This document shows, one piece after another, positions 49,108-59,007 of a stretch of DNA of 64,000 nucleotides (position 1 is its first letter; the number at the start of each line of letters is the position of its first letter). The stretch is taken from positions 79,863-143,862 of the forward strand of contig CALWOX010000005.1 of assembly GCA_944383265.1 (NCBI GenBank), in the 5' to 3' direction. The translations under genes were made by a program, and so were the position numbers. This DNA is from an uncultured Lachnospiraceae bacterium. GTDB taxonomy: Bacteria; Bacillota; Clostridia; Lachnospirales; Lachnospiraceae. Below the pieces are notes generated by a model. That model was not told where the DNA came from, searched no databases, and saw nothing but the letters and a program-made list of their open reading frames with translations.

Positions 49108-49208
49108 TGTAAAATATCAACAAAAGAAGGCCTTAATACTTTTAAAAGGCTCTTTTTTGTGTTAAAATTTTGAATCAGTATGCTTAATCAAGTACAAAGG
49201 AGCGGACT

Positions 49209-50489
49209 ATGGCATTTATAAAAAAGCCTGTCACAGGAATGCGTGACATACTTCCTGATGAGATGGACATAAGGAATTATCTCATGGGAGTCATAAGAGA
49301 TACATACAAGAACTACGGATTTTCATCTATAGAAACGCCTGTGGTGGAGCATATAGAAAACCTCACCGGAAAGCAGGGCGGAGAGAACGAAAAGCTTATA
49401 TTTAAAATAATGAAGAGAGGCGAAAAGCTCTCAGGCGAGGAGGAGGCCTTAAGAAGCGGAGATTTCGACGCGCTTTCGGACAGCGGATTACGCTACGACC
49501 TCACACTTCCCCTTGCACGCTATTATTCAAACAATTCGTCAAAGCTCCCTCAGCCCTTCAAGGCTCTTCAGATGGGACCTGTGTTCAGGGCCGACAGACC
49601 CCAGAGAGGACGTTTTCGTCAGTTTATGCAGTGCGACATAGATATTTTGGGTGACGACACGAACCTTGCGGAGAAGGAGCTCATACTTGCCACGACTGAG
49701 GCCCTTTCAAAGCTTGGCTTTGACCGGCACAACTACAGGATAATAATAAATGACAGGCGTATACTTTTCGGAATGCTTGAGTACGCGGGCTTTCCGAAGG
49801 AGGACGCTCAAAAGATACTTATAATCCTTGATAAGGCGGATAAGATAGGCGATGAGGGAGTAGATGTAGAACTCTCGGAGTCAGGATACTCCGAGGAAAG
49901 CATATCAAAATTAAGAGAGCTGCTTTCATCTGCCGGAAAAGATTCTGAAAGTGCGGGACTCATGGCCGAGAAGATCGGGATAGCCGAGGTCACTGATGCC
50001 TGCAATAATGTAAGGGACATAATGGACAGCATCGCCGCTGTGAGATCCCGAAATATAAAGCTTGAATTCACACCCACCCTTGTCAGAGGAATGGGATATT
50101 ATACAGGAACCATCTTTGAGATACAGGTGGACAGCTTCGGCTCATCTGTGGGAGGTGGAGGCCGATACGACAAGATGATAGGAAAGTTCACCGGAAAGGA
50201 TGTTCCTGCGGTAGGATTTTCCATCGGCTTTGAGAGGATAATGACTCTCCTTATGGAAGAGGGCTTCAAGATTCCCGAAAAGGGTAAAAAGACAGCCTAC
50301 CTCGTAGAGAAGGGCATGCCTTCCGAAAGATTGGGAGAGATATTCAACGAGGCCATAGAGAGAAGAAATGACGGGGAGCAGATCCTTGTGACCTGGATGA
50401 ACAAAAACAAAAAGTTCCAGAAGGAGAAGCTTCAGGCCGAGGGCTATGAAGAATTCAAGGATTTCTATAAAGAAGCTTTGAAGAATTGA
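49209..50489 (+). CDS. hisS: histidine--tRNA ligase
   Basis: 426 aa with class II aaRS motifs (GMRDILP, FRADRPQRGRFRQFMQCDIDILG, GGGRYD). An AAAGGAG RBS precedes the start. Confidence 0.94.
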   Translation: MAFIKKPVTGMRDILPDEMDIRNYLMGVIRDTYKNYGFSSIETPVVEHIENLTGKQGGENEKLIFKIMKRGEKLSGEEEALRSGDFDALSDSGLRYDLTLPLARYYSNNSSKLPQPFKALQMGPVFRADRPQRGRFRQFMQCDIDILGDDTNLAEKELILATTEALSKLGFDRHNYRIIINDRRILFGMLEYAGFPKEDAQKILIILDKADKIGDEGVDVELSESGYSEESISKLRELLSSAGKDSESAGLMAEKIGIAEVTDACNNVRDIMDSIAAVRSRNIKLEFTPTLVRGMGYYTGTIFEIQVDSFGSSVGGGGRYDKMIGKFTGKDVPAVGFSIGFERIMTLLMEEGFKIPEKGKKTAYLVEKGMPSERLGEIFNEAIERRNDGEQILVTWMNKNKKFQKEKLQAEGYEEFKDFYKEALKN

Positions 50490-50598
50490 TAAAGTCTTTA
50501 AGTATTATTTTCGGAATTTTTGGAAAATATCCGTATGAATAACTGAATATATTACATAAAAAACGATATATTATTTAAAATTGAAAGAGGACATAAAA

Positions 50599-52431
50599 AT
50601 GGCAGAGAGTTTAAAGGGACTGAAGAGGACCTGCAGATGCGCGGAGCTTACAGTCGATGATATAGGAAAAGAAGTTACCGTAATGGGATGGGTACAGAAG
50701 TCAAGAAATAAAGGCGGACTTGTATTCACCGACATGAGAGACAGAAGCGGTATACTTCAGGTGATATTTGAGGAGGACATCTGCGGCAGCGAGGTGTTCG
50801 AGAAGGCGGGAACGCTTCACAGCGAATACTGCATCGCCGTTACAGGAAAGGTAAGAAGCCGCGGAAAGGATGTAAACAAGGAGCTTAAGACAGGAGCTAT
50901 AGAGATAGAGGCAAAGGCCTTGAGGATCCTGTCGGAGTCGGCTCCCCTTCCCTTCCCTATTGAATCGGAGACAAAGACAAGAGAGGAACTCAGACTCAAA
51001 TACAGATATCTTGATTTGAGGCGAGCTCCCTTACAGAGAAATATACTTATGAGAAGTAAGCTCGCCATGAGCGTGAGGAACTTCCTTGACGAGGAGGGAT
51101 TTATTGAGATAGAGACCCCGACCCTCATAAAGTCAACTCCCGAGGGAGCAAGGGATTATCTTGTGCCTTCGAGGGTATATCAGGGAGAATTCTATGCCCT
51201 TCCTCAGTCTCCCCAGCTTTTAAAACAGCTTCTCATGTGCTCGGGTTTTGACAGATATTTCCAGCTTGCACGCTGCTACAGAGACGAGGACTTGAGAGCG
51301 GACAGACAGCCTGAGTTCACCCAGATAGACATGGAGCTTTCCTTTGTGGATGTGGACGATGTCATAGATGTAAACGAGAGACTTATAAAGAGAATGTTCA
51401 AGGACGTTATAAATGTTGACGTTGAGCTTCCCATTCAGAGGATAACCTGGCAGGAGGCTATGGATAAATATGGTTCCGATAAGCCTGACCTCCGTTTCGG
51501 ACTTCCCATATGCGATATTTCAGAGACTGTAAAGAATACAGGCTTCGGTGTATTCAAGTCGGCTCTTGAGGCGGGCGGCGTTGTAAGAGGCATAAGAGTT
51601 CCGGGAGAGGGACATATGCCCAGAAAAAAGATAGATGCTCTCGTTGAGGTCGCAAAGTATTACGGAGGAAAGGGACTTGCATATCTCTGTGTAAACTGCG
51701 CGGAGGACGGAGGCCACAAGTGCTCCTTCGCAAAGTTTATGACCGGGGAGGAGCTCGATGCTATAGTAGCCGCAATGGGAGCGGAGAAGGGAGACCTTCT
51801 TGTATTTGCGGCGGACAAATTAAATGTGGTAAGGAATGTCCTCGGAAATGTAAGGCTTGAGCTGGGAAAGCAGCTTGAACTTATAAAGAAAGACGATTGG
51901 AAGTTTACTTGGGTAACAGAATTCCCTCTCTTTGAGTGGTCTGAGGAGGAAGGAAGATACATGGCAATGCATCATCCCTTCACAGCACCTATGGAGGAGG
52001 ACTGGCAGTATATAGATTCAGATCCCGGAAGAGTCAGGGCCAAGGCCTATGACATAGTACTTAACGGAACAGAGCTCGGCGGAGGATCGGTACGTATACA
52101 TCAGGCTGATGTTCAGGAAAAGATGCTTGAAAAGCTCGGATTTACTCCCGAGAGAGCAAATGAGCAGTTCGGCTTCCTGCTTGAGGCCTTCAAGTACGGA
52201 GTTCCCCCTCACGCGGGACTTGCCTACGGCATGGACAGAGTTGCCATGTGGATGGCGGGAGCCGAGAGTATAAGAGACGTAATGGCATTCCCCAAGCTTA
52301 AGGATGCATCGGACGCTATGATGGGAGCTCCTTCAGAGGTGGATAATTCCCAGCTTGATGAGCTCGGAATACTTGTAGATCCCGAGGTCTTAAAGGCAAA
52401 GGAGAAGAACGCGGAGATTTCTAATGAATAA
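50599..52431 (+). CDS. aspS: aspartate--tRNA ligase
   Basis: About 610 aa. It has an OB-fold N-terminus, FYALPQSPQ, CYRDEDLRADRQPEFTQID, GGGSVRIH and GLAYGMDR. I set the start at the ATG at 50599. Confidence 0.95.
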   Translation: MAESLKGLKRTCRCAELTVDDIGKEVTVMGWVQKSRNKGGLVFTDMRDRSGILQVIFEEDICGSEVFEKAGTLHSEYCIAVTGKVRSRGKDVNKELKTGAIEIEAKALRILSESAPLPFPIESETKTREELRLKYRYLDLRRAPLQRNILMRSKLAMSVRNFLDEEGFIEIETPTLIKSTPEGARDYLVPSRVYQGEFYALPQSPQLLKQLLMCSGFDRYFQLARCYRDEDLRADRQPEFTQIDMELSFVDVDDVIDVNERLIKRMFKDVINVDVELPIQRITWQEAMDKYGSDKPDLRFGLPICDISETVKNTGFGVFKSALEAGGVVRGIRVPGEGHMPRKKIDALVEVAKYYGGKGLAYLCVNCAEDGGHKCSFAKFMTGEELDAIVAAMGAEKGDLLVFAADKLNVVRNVLGNVRLELGKQLELIKKDDWKFTWVTEFPLFEWSEEEGRYMAMHHPFTAPMEEDWQYIDSDPGRVRAKAYDIVLNGTELGGGSVRIHQADVQEKMLEKLGFTPERANEQFGFLLEAFKYGVPPHAGLAYGMDRVAMWMAGAESIRDVMAFPKLKDASDAMMGAPSEVDNSQLDELGILVDPEVLKAKEKNAEISNE

Positions 52432-52969
52432 AAGAGAATTTCTTTCAAAGCTTGAGGAGGCGCTTGTATACGAGATGCCTCCGAGAGCAGTCACAGAGAA
52501 TCTGAGATACTATTCCTCATATATAGACTCCGAAAAAGGAAAGGGTCGAAGTGAGGAAGAGGTGCTTGATGAGCTTGGAGATCCGAGGCTTATAGCAAGG
52601 ACCATCATTGAGGCGGAAAAATCCGGAGAGGACGGTATCCCCGGCACTGCCGATGATGTGGTATGGCAGGAAACTCCCTACTCGGCTCGGACGACCAGCT
52701 ATGACAGAAGCACTGAAAGCTCTGACAGAGAGACGGGAAGAGAGGACTACAACGCAGATCCCGAGGAAAACAGGGAAAGAAGAGGCTTTGGCACACATAT
52801 GAGCATACATACCTACAGCGGATGTATGCCCTGCCTTGTAGGATTGATGATAGCTCTCTTTATTATGAGTATATTTATGGGAGCTATCTCACTTATGATG
52901 CCTATACTGCCTGTCATTGCGGTCATAGCGCTGATCTGGTGGCTCCTTGGAAAGGTTGGAAAGAGTTAA
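52424..52969 (+). CDS. DUF1700-like membrane protein
   Basis: 181 aa. The N-terminal helical region resembles DUF1700 proteins (MNKREFLSKLEEAL...EEVLDELGDPRLIARTIIEAE). A disordered acidic/Arg-rich middle follows, then two C-terminal TM helices. The start overlaps the aspS stop by 8 nt. Confidence 0.6.
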   Translation: MNKREFLSKLEEALVYEMPPRAVTENLRYYSSYIDSEKGKGRSEEEVLDELGDPRLIARTIIEAEKSGEDGIPGTADDVVWQETPYSARTTSYDRSTESSDRETGREDYNADPEENRERRGFGTHMSIHTYSGCMPCLVGLMIALFIMSIFMGAISLMMPILPVIAVIALIWWLLGKVGKS

Positions 52970-53557
52970 ATGAAATATTTTTTTGCATCAGATATACACG
53001 GTTCGGCTTTTTACTGCAGAAAAATGCTGGAAAGCTTCAAGGAAAGCGGAGCTGAGAGGATTGTACTCCTCGGAGACATCCTCTATCACGGCCCGAGAAA
53101 TGATCTCCCCAAGGACTATGCTCCGAAGGAAGTGATAGCAATGCTGAACCCTCTTAGGGATAAGATATTGGCTGTAAGGGGAAACTGCGAGGCTGAGGTG
53201 GACCAGATGGTATTGGATTTTCCCGTGCTTGCAGATTACGCTTTTCTTGTGTTAAACGGCATATGCTTTTACGCTACTCACGGGCATGTGTACAATGCCC
53301 TTGAGGACGGAAAAAATCTTCCACCCATGTCGGAGGGAGATGTACTCGTTCACGGCCATACACACATTCCTGTTGCGGAAAGGATAGAGCTGAACTCGGT
53401 GAAGGGCTCCTCGGGAAAAAGGCACATAACAGTTCTGAATCCGGGCTCTGTGTCTATTCCGAAGGGCGGATTCCCGAACTCCTACGGACTCCTTACAGAC
53501 AGGAGATTTGATATATCGGATTTTGACGGAAATATTATAAAAAGCATAGAGCTTTAG
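52970..53557 (+). CDS. YfcE-type metallophosphoesterase (phosphodiesterase, MJ0936 family)
   Basis: 195 aa with the motifs SDIHGS, LGDILYHGPRN, RGNCE, THGH and HGHTH. Confidence 0.85.
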   Translation: MKYFFASDIHGSAFYCRKMLESFKESGAERIVLLGDILYHGPRNDLPKDYAPKEVIAMLNPLRDKILAVRGNCEAEVDQMVLDFPVLADYAFLVLNGICFYATHGHVYNALEDGKNLPPMSEGDVLVHGHTHIPVAERIELNSVKGSSGKRHITVLNPGSVSIPKGGFPNSYGLLTDRRFDISDFDGNIIKSIEL

Positions 53558-53606
53558 CATTTCCTCAGAATTCATTTTAGTATTCATTCAGCATTCAGGA
53601 GCTTTA

Positions 53607-54779
53607 ATGAGATATGAATTTATCGCCCCCTGCCATTTCGGGCTGGAGGCATGTACAAAAAAAGAAATAACGGATCTGGGCTATGAGATAACGGAGGTTT
53701 CCGACGGAAAGGTCAGCTTTGAGGGAGACGAGGAGGCTCTTTGCAGAGCAAACATCAATCTTCGCACAGCGGAGAGAGTCCTCTTAAAGGCAGGGGAGTT
53801 CAATGCGGAGAGCTTTGAGGAGCTTTTTGAGGGAACTCGCAGTATATCCTGGGAGGAACTTATACCGAAGGACGGAAAATTCTGGGTGGCAAAGGCATCT
53901 TCCATAAAGTCAAAGCTGTTTTCGCCCTCGGATATCCAATCCATAATGAAAAAGGCTATGGTGGAGAGGCTTAAGACAAGGTACAGCACAAGCTGGTTTA
54001 AGGAAGACGGTGCCGAATATGCTCTAAGAGTATTTCTCCATAAGGACAAGGTCACTATAGGCATAGACACAAGCGGGGCCTCCCTCCACAAGCGAGGCTA
54101 CAGAAGACTTACGGCAAAGGCTCCCATAACAGAGACTCTGGCTGCTGCCCTTATCATGCTTACACCCTGGAGAGCGGACAGGATACTTGTGGATCCCTTC
54201 TGCGGTTCGGGAACCTTCCCTATTGAGGCTGCCATGATGGCAATGAATATAGCCCCGGGAGTGGAGAGGGACTTTGTTTCCTGCGGCTGGGACAATCTTA
54301 TATCGAAGAAATATTGGTATGACGCCTATGACGAGGCTCATGACCTTGAAAAAAGCATTGAAGAGATAAAAGCCATAAGCGATATACAGGGCTATGATGC
54401 GGACGGAGAGATAATCAATGCGGCAAGGGAAAATGCCGCGAGAGCGGGAGTCGGTGAGCTCATACATTTCCAAAAGAGAGATGTGGCGATGCTCAGCCAT
54501 CCCAAAAAGTACGGGTTTATAATCACAAATCCTCCTTACGGAGAGAGACTTGAGGAAAAGAAAAATCTGCCCGCTCTTTATAAGACTGTAGGAGAGCGGT
54601 TTGCAGAGCTCTCAGACTGGTCCATGTATATGATAACAGCCTTTGAGGACGCCGAGAGATATATAGGAAGAAAGGCCGACAAAAACAGAAAGATATATAA
54701 CGGCATGATGAAGACCTATTTTTATTCCTTCCTCGGCAAAAAGCCGCCTAAGAGGCAGCACAATGAGGAAAATGACTGA
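53607..54779 (+). CDS. THUMP-domain class I SAM-dependent RNA methyltransferase (RlmL/YpsC-like)
   Basis: 390 aa. It has a THUMP-like N-terminal half, the SAM motif DPFCGSGTFPIEA and the catalytic NPPYGERL. Confidence 0.85.
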   Translation: MRYEFIAPCHFGLEACTKKEITDLGYEITEVSDGKVSFEGDEEALCRANINLRTAERVLLKAGEFNAESFEELFEGTRSISWEELIPKDGKFWVAKASSIKSKLFSPSDIQSIMKKAMVERLKTRYSTSWFKEDGAEYALRVFLHKDKVTIGIDTSGASLHKRGYRRLTAKAPITETLAAALIMLTPWRADRILVDPFCGSGTFPIEAAMMAMNIAPGVERDFVSCGWDNLISKKYWYDAYDEAHDLEKSIEEIKAISDIQGYDADGEIINAARENAARAGVGELIHFQKRDVAMLSHPKKYGFIITNPPYGERLEEKKNLPALYKTVGERFAELSDWSMYMITAFEDAERYIGRKADKNRKIYNGMMKTYFYSFLGKKPPKRQHNEEND

Positions 54780-55450
54780 TGAACAAAGAAGAGATTTTGA
54801 ACACACCCTCGGGAGAAGTGACAGTTATCTTTGCCACAGAAAATGAAAACAAGATGGTGGAGATAAGGGAGATAATGGAGGGGCTTCCCATAAAGCTTTT
54901 ATCTCTTAAGGACATAGGGATACGCTCACAGGCCGAGGAAACAGGAGCAACATTCTCGGAGAACTCCGAGATAAAAGCCCGCGATATATTTGACAGGCTT
55001 AGAGCGGACAAGGAGCTTTCAAAAAAAGATATCATAGTTATGGCTGATGACAGCGGACTTTGTATAGATGCGCTTCATGGAGCGCCGGGAGTACTTTCCG
55101 CAAGGTGGCTGGGACACGATACAGGATACGATGAAAAGAACAGGATAGTTCTTGAGAGACTTAAGGATGTGCCCTTTGAGAAAAGAGGAGCGGCATTCGT
55201 ATGTGATATATGCGCTGTACTTCCTGACGGAAGCGTGCTTCATGCCGAGGAGGAGATGAGAGGAGCTATAGCCGAGCATTCGGCAGGAGAAAACGGCTTC
55301 GGATATGATCCCATATTTTTCCTTCCTGAATACGGAAAAACCTCCTCTGAGATACCGAGAGAAGAGAAAAACAGGATAAGCCACAGGGGAAAAGCTTTAA
55401 AGAAGATGAGCGAATCCTTAAAAAATTATCTGAAAAAAGCAGGGTGCTAA
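54779..55450 (+). CDS. rdgB: non-canonical purine NTP pyrophosphatase (XTP/dITP diphosphatase, RdgB/HAM1)
   Basis: 223 aa with the motifs ATENENK, DDSGLCIDAL.GAPGV.SAR, FGYDPIF and SHRG. The start overlaps the upstream stop (TGATG). Confidence 0.9.
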   Translation: MNKEEILNTPSGEVTVIFATENENKMVEIREIMEGLPIKLLSLKDIGIRSQAEETGATFSENSEIKARDIFDRLRADKELSKKDIIVMADDSGLCIDALHGAPGVLSARWLGHDTGYDEKNRIVLERLKDVPFEKRGAAFVCDICAVLPDGSVLHAEEEMRGAIAEHSAGENGFGYDPIFFLPEYGKTSSEIPREEKNRISHRGKALKKMSESLKNYLKKAGC

Positions 55451-55451
55451 A

Positions 55452-55940
55452 GTGAAGAAGATATTAGTCGTCAGCGACACACACGGAAATAATAAAAATC
55501 TCAAAAAGCTCATTGAGATGCATAAACCCTTGGACATGCTTATACATCTTGGGGATGGAGAGGGCGTAGAGCATTATATGAGGGACTGGACAGGCGATGC
55601 CACCGAGCTGTGCATGGTCAGAGGCAACAATGACTTTTTCTCAGGGCTTGAGAGGGATATGGAGACAGACATATACGGACACAAGGCCTTTTTGACTCAC
55701 GGACATATGTATGGAGTTTCGGTTGGAGTCACGGGACTTGCTGAGGAGGCTCGCTCCAGAGGATGCGAGCTTGCATTTTTCGGACACACACACAGGCCCT
55801 TCATGGATGAGATCGAGGGAGTAAGGTGCATAAATCCCGGAAGCCTGAGTTATCCGAGACAGGCTGACCGAAAATGTACCTTCATGCTCATTGAGGCTGA
55901 GGACAGCGGAAAGCTTCATTTCCATCAGGGAGAGATGTAA
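55452..55940 (+). CDS. metallophosphoesterase, MJ0936/YfcE/YsnB family (second paralog)
   Basis: 162 aa with the motifs VVSDTHGN, LGDG, RGNND, THGH and GHTH. The start is GTG, directly after rdgB. That mirrors the conserved rdgB-ysnB arrangement of Firmicutes. Confidence 0.82.
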   Translation: MKKILVVSDTHGNNKNLKKLIEMHKPLDMLIHLGDGEGVEHYMRDWTGDATELCMVRGNNDFFSGLERDMETDIYGHKAFLTHGHMYGVSVGVTGLAEEARSRGCELAFFGHTHRPFMDEIEGVRCINPGSLSYPRQADRKCTFMLIEAEDSGKLHFHQGEM

Positions 55941-55963
55941 ATTGAAAGAGAGGGAGAAGAGAA

Positions 55964-57091
55964 ATGTTTAACAAGAAGAGAGGCAAAGCCTTTTTGACGA
56001 TGCTTTTGCTTATGGCTTCTCTCGGACTTGCGGCATGCTCGCAGAACCGGGAGGCCGAGGCTGACACAACAACAGAAGCGGCTCAGAGTGAGGTCGAGTC
56101 CGAGACAACAGCAGAGCAGGCTCAGAGCGAGACAGAATCTGCGACAAAGGCGGAGGAAACAGACAGTGCGGAGGAGCCTTCGGGGGAAGCTGATGATACG
56201 CTTATAAGAGTGGGTTCGTTGAAGGGACCTACGACCATAGGCCTTGTAAATATGATGCAGGAATCCGAGGACGGCGAGCTGCCCTTAAACACAGAGTTTA
56301 CCATGGCTACGACAGCAGATGAGATAACAGCAAAGATGGTGAGCGGAGACATGGATATAGCATTGATCCCCGCAAACCTTGCATCTGTCCTTTACAGTAA
56401 GACAGAAGGAGCTGTCAGCGTCATAGATATAAATACCCTCGGAGTCCTTTACGGAGTGACAGGGGACGAATCGGTAAACAGCCTTGAAGATCTCAAGGGA
56501 AAGACAGTGTATATGACAGGTCAGGGAAGCACTCCGGAGTTCGCATTAAACTATATACTCGAGGAGAACGGCCTTTCAGGAGAGGTAAACATTGAGTTTA
56601 AGAATGAGGCTACAGAGATCGCGGCCCTCCTTAATGCCGACCCTACGGGAACCGCCATACTTCCTCAGCCCTTCGCAACAGTTTGTCTTAAGCAGAATGG
56701 AGGATTGAGAGAGTTCCTTGACCTCAATGAGGAGTGGGATAAGTGTGCTTCAAGCGGAGATTCACAGCTTTTGACAGGTGTGACAGTAGTGAGGAATGAT
56801 TTCCTTAATGAAAATGCCGACACTGTAGCGGCATTTACAGCGGAGCATGCTGCTTCAGTCAATAAGGCATCGGAGGATCCCAAGGGAACGGCGGAGCTTA
56901 TCGTAAAGTATGGTATAATAGAGAAGGCTCCTATAGCCGAGGCGGCTCTCCCCAAGTGCAATATAGCCTGCATAACAGGAGACGAGATGAAGGCCGCTCT
57001 TTCAGGATATCTTGAGGTCTTATATAACGCAAACCCCGCATCTGTAGGAGGAGAGCTCCCCGGAGATGACTTCTATGCCGTTGTGGAGTAG
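55964..57091 (+). CDS. ABC transporter substrate-binding lipoprotein (NMT1/THI5-like, NitT/TauT-type)
   Basis: 375 aa. It has a lipobox (LGLAAC), an acidic T/E/A/Q-rich linker of about 55 aa, and a periplasmic-binding-protein fold. A permease and an ATPase follow. Confidence 0.78.
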   Translation: MFNKKRGKAFLTMLLLMASLGLAACSQNREAEADTTTEAAQSEVESETTAEQAQSETESATKAEETDSAEEPSGEADDTLIRVGSLKGPTTIGLVNMMQESEDGELPLNTEFTMATTADEITAKMVSGDMDIALIPANLASVLYSKTEGAVSVIDINTLGVLYGVTGDESVNSLEDLKGKTVYMTGQGSTPEFALNYILEENGLSGEVNIEFKNEATEIAALLNADPTGTAILPQPFATVCLKQNGGLREFLDLNEEWDKCASSGDSQLLTGVTVVRNDFLNENADTVAAFTAEHAASVNKASEDPKGTAELIVKYGIIEKAPIAEAALPKCNIACITGDEMKAALSGYLEVLYNANPASVGGELPGDDFYAVVE

Positions 57092-57827
57092 TATAATAAA
57101 AAAATACAAATATGCGATAGTTTTGTTCTGGCTGATATTGTGGCAGATAGCCGCCATAGCCATAGACAACAACATAGTTCTCGTGGGCCCTGTCGATACG
57201 GCAGAGGCCCTATTGGTTCTTGTAAGGCAGCCTTCTTTTTGGCTATCTGTATTAAATACCTTCCTGAGAATAGCCGCAGGATTTTTCGCAGCGCTTATAT
57301 CAGGCGTTATTTTGGGCTTTGCAGGGTATAAATACAGACTTTTTTATGAGTTCCTTGATCCGCTGATATCTCTTATGAAGGCAATACCTGTTGCATCGTT
57401 TGTGATACTTGCCATCATATGGCTGGGAGGAAGCGAGAGGCTCGGGAGCTTTGTAGCTTTTGTAGTTGTATTTCCCATGGTATACCTGAGCACGGTAAGC
57501 GGCCTTATGAGTACGGATAAAAAGCTTTTGGAAATGGCTGAGGTATTTAAGATAAGAGCGATCAAGAAAATCATATATCTTTACCTCCCTGCACTTTTTC
57601 CCTACCTTATAAACTGCTGTAAGACCTCTCTTTCCATGAGCTGGAAGTCGGGAGTGGCGGCAGAGCTGATAGGACAGCCTGTAAACACCATAGGAGGAAA
57701 TCTTTACCAGGCAAAAATATTTCTCGATACAGCCTCACTCTTTGCATGGACCTTTGTGATAATACTTATAAGCAGCATTTTTGAGAAGCTCGTTTTGTAT
57801 ATCCTTGACAGAGTGGATAAGAAGTAA
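57066..57827 (+). CDS. ABC transporter permease (NitT/TauT family)
   Basis: 253 aa with six TM segments and an EAA-like loop region (LLEMAEVFKIRAIKKIIYLYLPALFP). The start is uncertain: the ATG at 57066 or the one at 57075. Both overlap the end of the SBP gene. Confidence 0.78.
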   Translation: MTSMPLWSSIIKKYKYAIVLFWLILWQIAAIAIDNNIVLVGPVDTAEALLVLVRQPSFWLSVLNTFLRIAAGFFAALISGVILGFAGYKYRLFYEFLDPLISLMKAIPVASFVILAIIWLGGSERLGSFVAFVVVFPMVYLSTVSGLMSTDKKLLEMAEVFKIRAIKKIIYLYLPALFPYLINCCKTSLSMSWKSGVAAELIGQPVNTIGGNLYQAKIFLDTASLFAWTFVIILISSIFEKLVLYILDRVDKK

Positions 57828-57881
57828 CGGAGCTTAAATTTATTGGAACTGAAAGAATCGGTAGCATGAAGGAGATTTGGA

Positions 57882-58508
57882 ATGTCCACAGGAGTAGAGA
57901 TAAAAGGGCTTAAAAAAAGCTTCGGAGACAATTTGATATTTGACGGGTTTTACCTGAGCTTTTCTCCGGGAGGCTCCTATGCGATTATGGGAAGATCAGG
58001 GCTTGGAAAGACGACTCTTTTAAAGATCATAATGGGACTTTTAAAGGCTGACGGCGGAGATATCATCTTTACTGATGAGACCGGGAAGAAGCTCTTAGGG
58101 AAGCCTGAATTTGCTGTGGTCTTTCAGGAGGACAGGCTCTGCGAATACCTGAGTGCAAGAGAAAACATTTCCATGTGTATGAGGGGATTTTCAGAAGATC
58201 CGTCTGTGGTAAGGGAGCTTTCACGAGTGCTTTCAGAGGATTCGCTTAACAGGCCTGTAAGGGAGCTTTCAGGTGGGCAAAAGAGGAGAGTCGCCATAGT
58301 GAGAGCCATGATGAGGACAGATGCGGATATCATAATAATGGATGAGCCTTTTACGGGAATGGACGAGGATACAAAGAGGACGGTGGCCGATTATATAAAC
58401 AGCAGAAAACAAAAAAGGCTCCTCATTATATCTGTCCACAGCAGGGAGGAGGCAAAGCTCCTTAATGCCGAGATAACAGATATGGGAAGCCTTACAGATC
58501 ATTCCTGA
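57882..58508 (+). CDS. ABC transporter ATP-binding protein (short form)
   Basis: 208 aa. Walker A is GRSGLGKTT, the signature is LSGGQKRR and Walker B is IIIMDEPF. A GAAGGAG RBS precedes the start. Confidence 0.85.
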   Translation: MSTGVEIKGLKKSFGDNLIFDGFYLSFSPGGSYAIMGRSGLGKTTLLKIIMGLLKADGGDIIFTDETGKKLLGKPEFAVVFQEDRLCEYLSARENISMCMRGFSEDPSVVRELSRVLSEDSLNRPVRELSGGQKRRVAIVRAMMRTDADIIIMDEPFTGMDEDTKRTVADYINSRKQKRLLIISVHSREEAKLLNAEITDMGSLTDHS

Positions 58509-58801
58509 TTGTTCTTAAGTCCCTGACGCTCAAATACCATCTCGTAGCCGTCCTCACCATAATTAAGTGAACGATTTACGCGGCTTATGGTAGCTGTGGA
58601 GGCGCCGGTCTTGTTGGCGATATCCAGATAGGTCATCTTCTTTTCAAGGAGAAGAGCGACCTCGTATCTCTGAGCCATGGCAAGCAGCTCTTTAATGGTA
58701 CACACATCTTCGAAGAACTTATAGCATTCCTCTTTATCCTTTAATGTCAGAACAGCATCAAAAAGATGGTCTACCTCTTCGGTATGAATTTTAGGATTCA
58801 T
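58499..58801 (-). CDS. YerC/YecD family TrpR-related protein
   Basis: 100 aa from MNPKIHTEEVDHLFDAVLTLKDKEECYKFFEDVCTIKELLAMAQR, with an HTH (IANKTGASTATISRVNRSL). I set the start at the ATG at 58801, after AAGGAG. The 3' end overlaps the convergent ABC ATPase gene by 10 nt. Confidence 0.85.
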   Translation of the reverse strand: MNPKIHTEEVDHLFDAVLTLKDKEECYKFFEDVCTIKELLAMAQRYEVALLLEKKMTYLDIANKTGASTATISRVNRSLNYGEDGYEMVFERQGLKNNQE

Positions 58802-59007
58802 ATCTGACTCCTTTCGTGATTTCAAATCAGTATTCCATGTGGTTATGATTTTGTATATAAAATAAATTATTAAAAGTTTAACATTTCACTGCGGTAAAGT
58901 CAAACATTATTTCTTCCTTAAATATGTAAGGATTTTGCCGATTTGAGACACAATTTAAAATTTATATGTTATAATCGTAAAAATATCAGTTTTAAGGGAA
59001 TAAAAAA

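Noticed and set aside
49108-49208. Expected T-box leader upstream of hisS-aspS (also the 50490-50598 spacer)
   Set aside because: The spacers are only about 100 nt and AT-rich. They lack a specifier-loop/Stem I architecture and the conserved T-box sequence (…GGUGGUACCGCG…), so no T-box is present.
52608-53055. Small overlapping ORFs (52608-52802 +, 52822-53055 +, 52517-52810 -) around the DUF1700-like gene
   Set aside because: They are out-of-frame or antisense ORFs inside the charged low-complexity region and the yfcE start, with no RBS.
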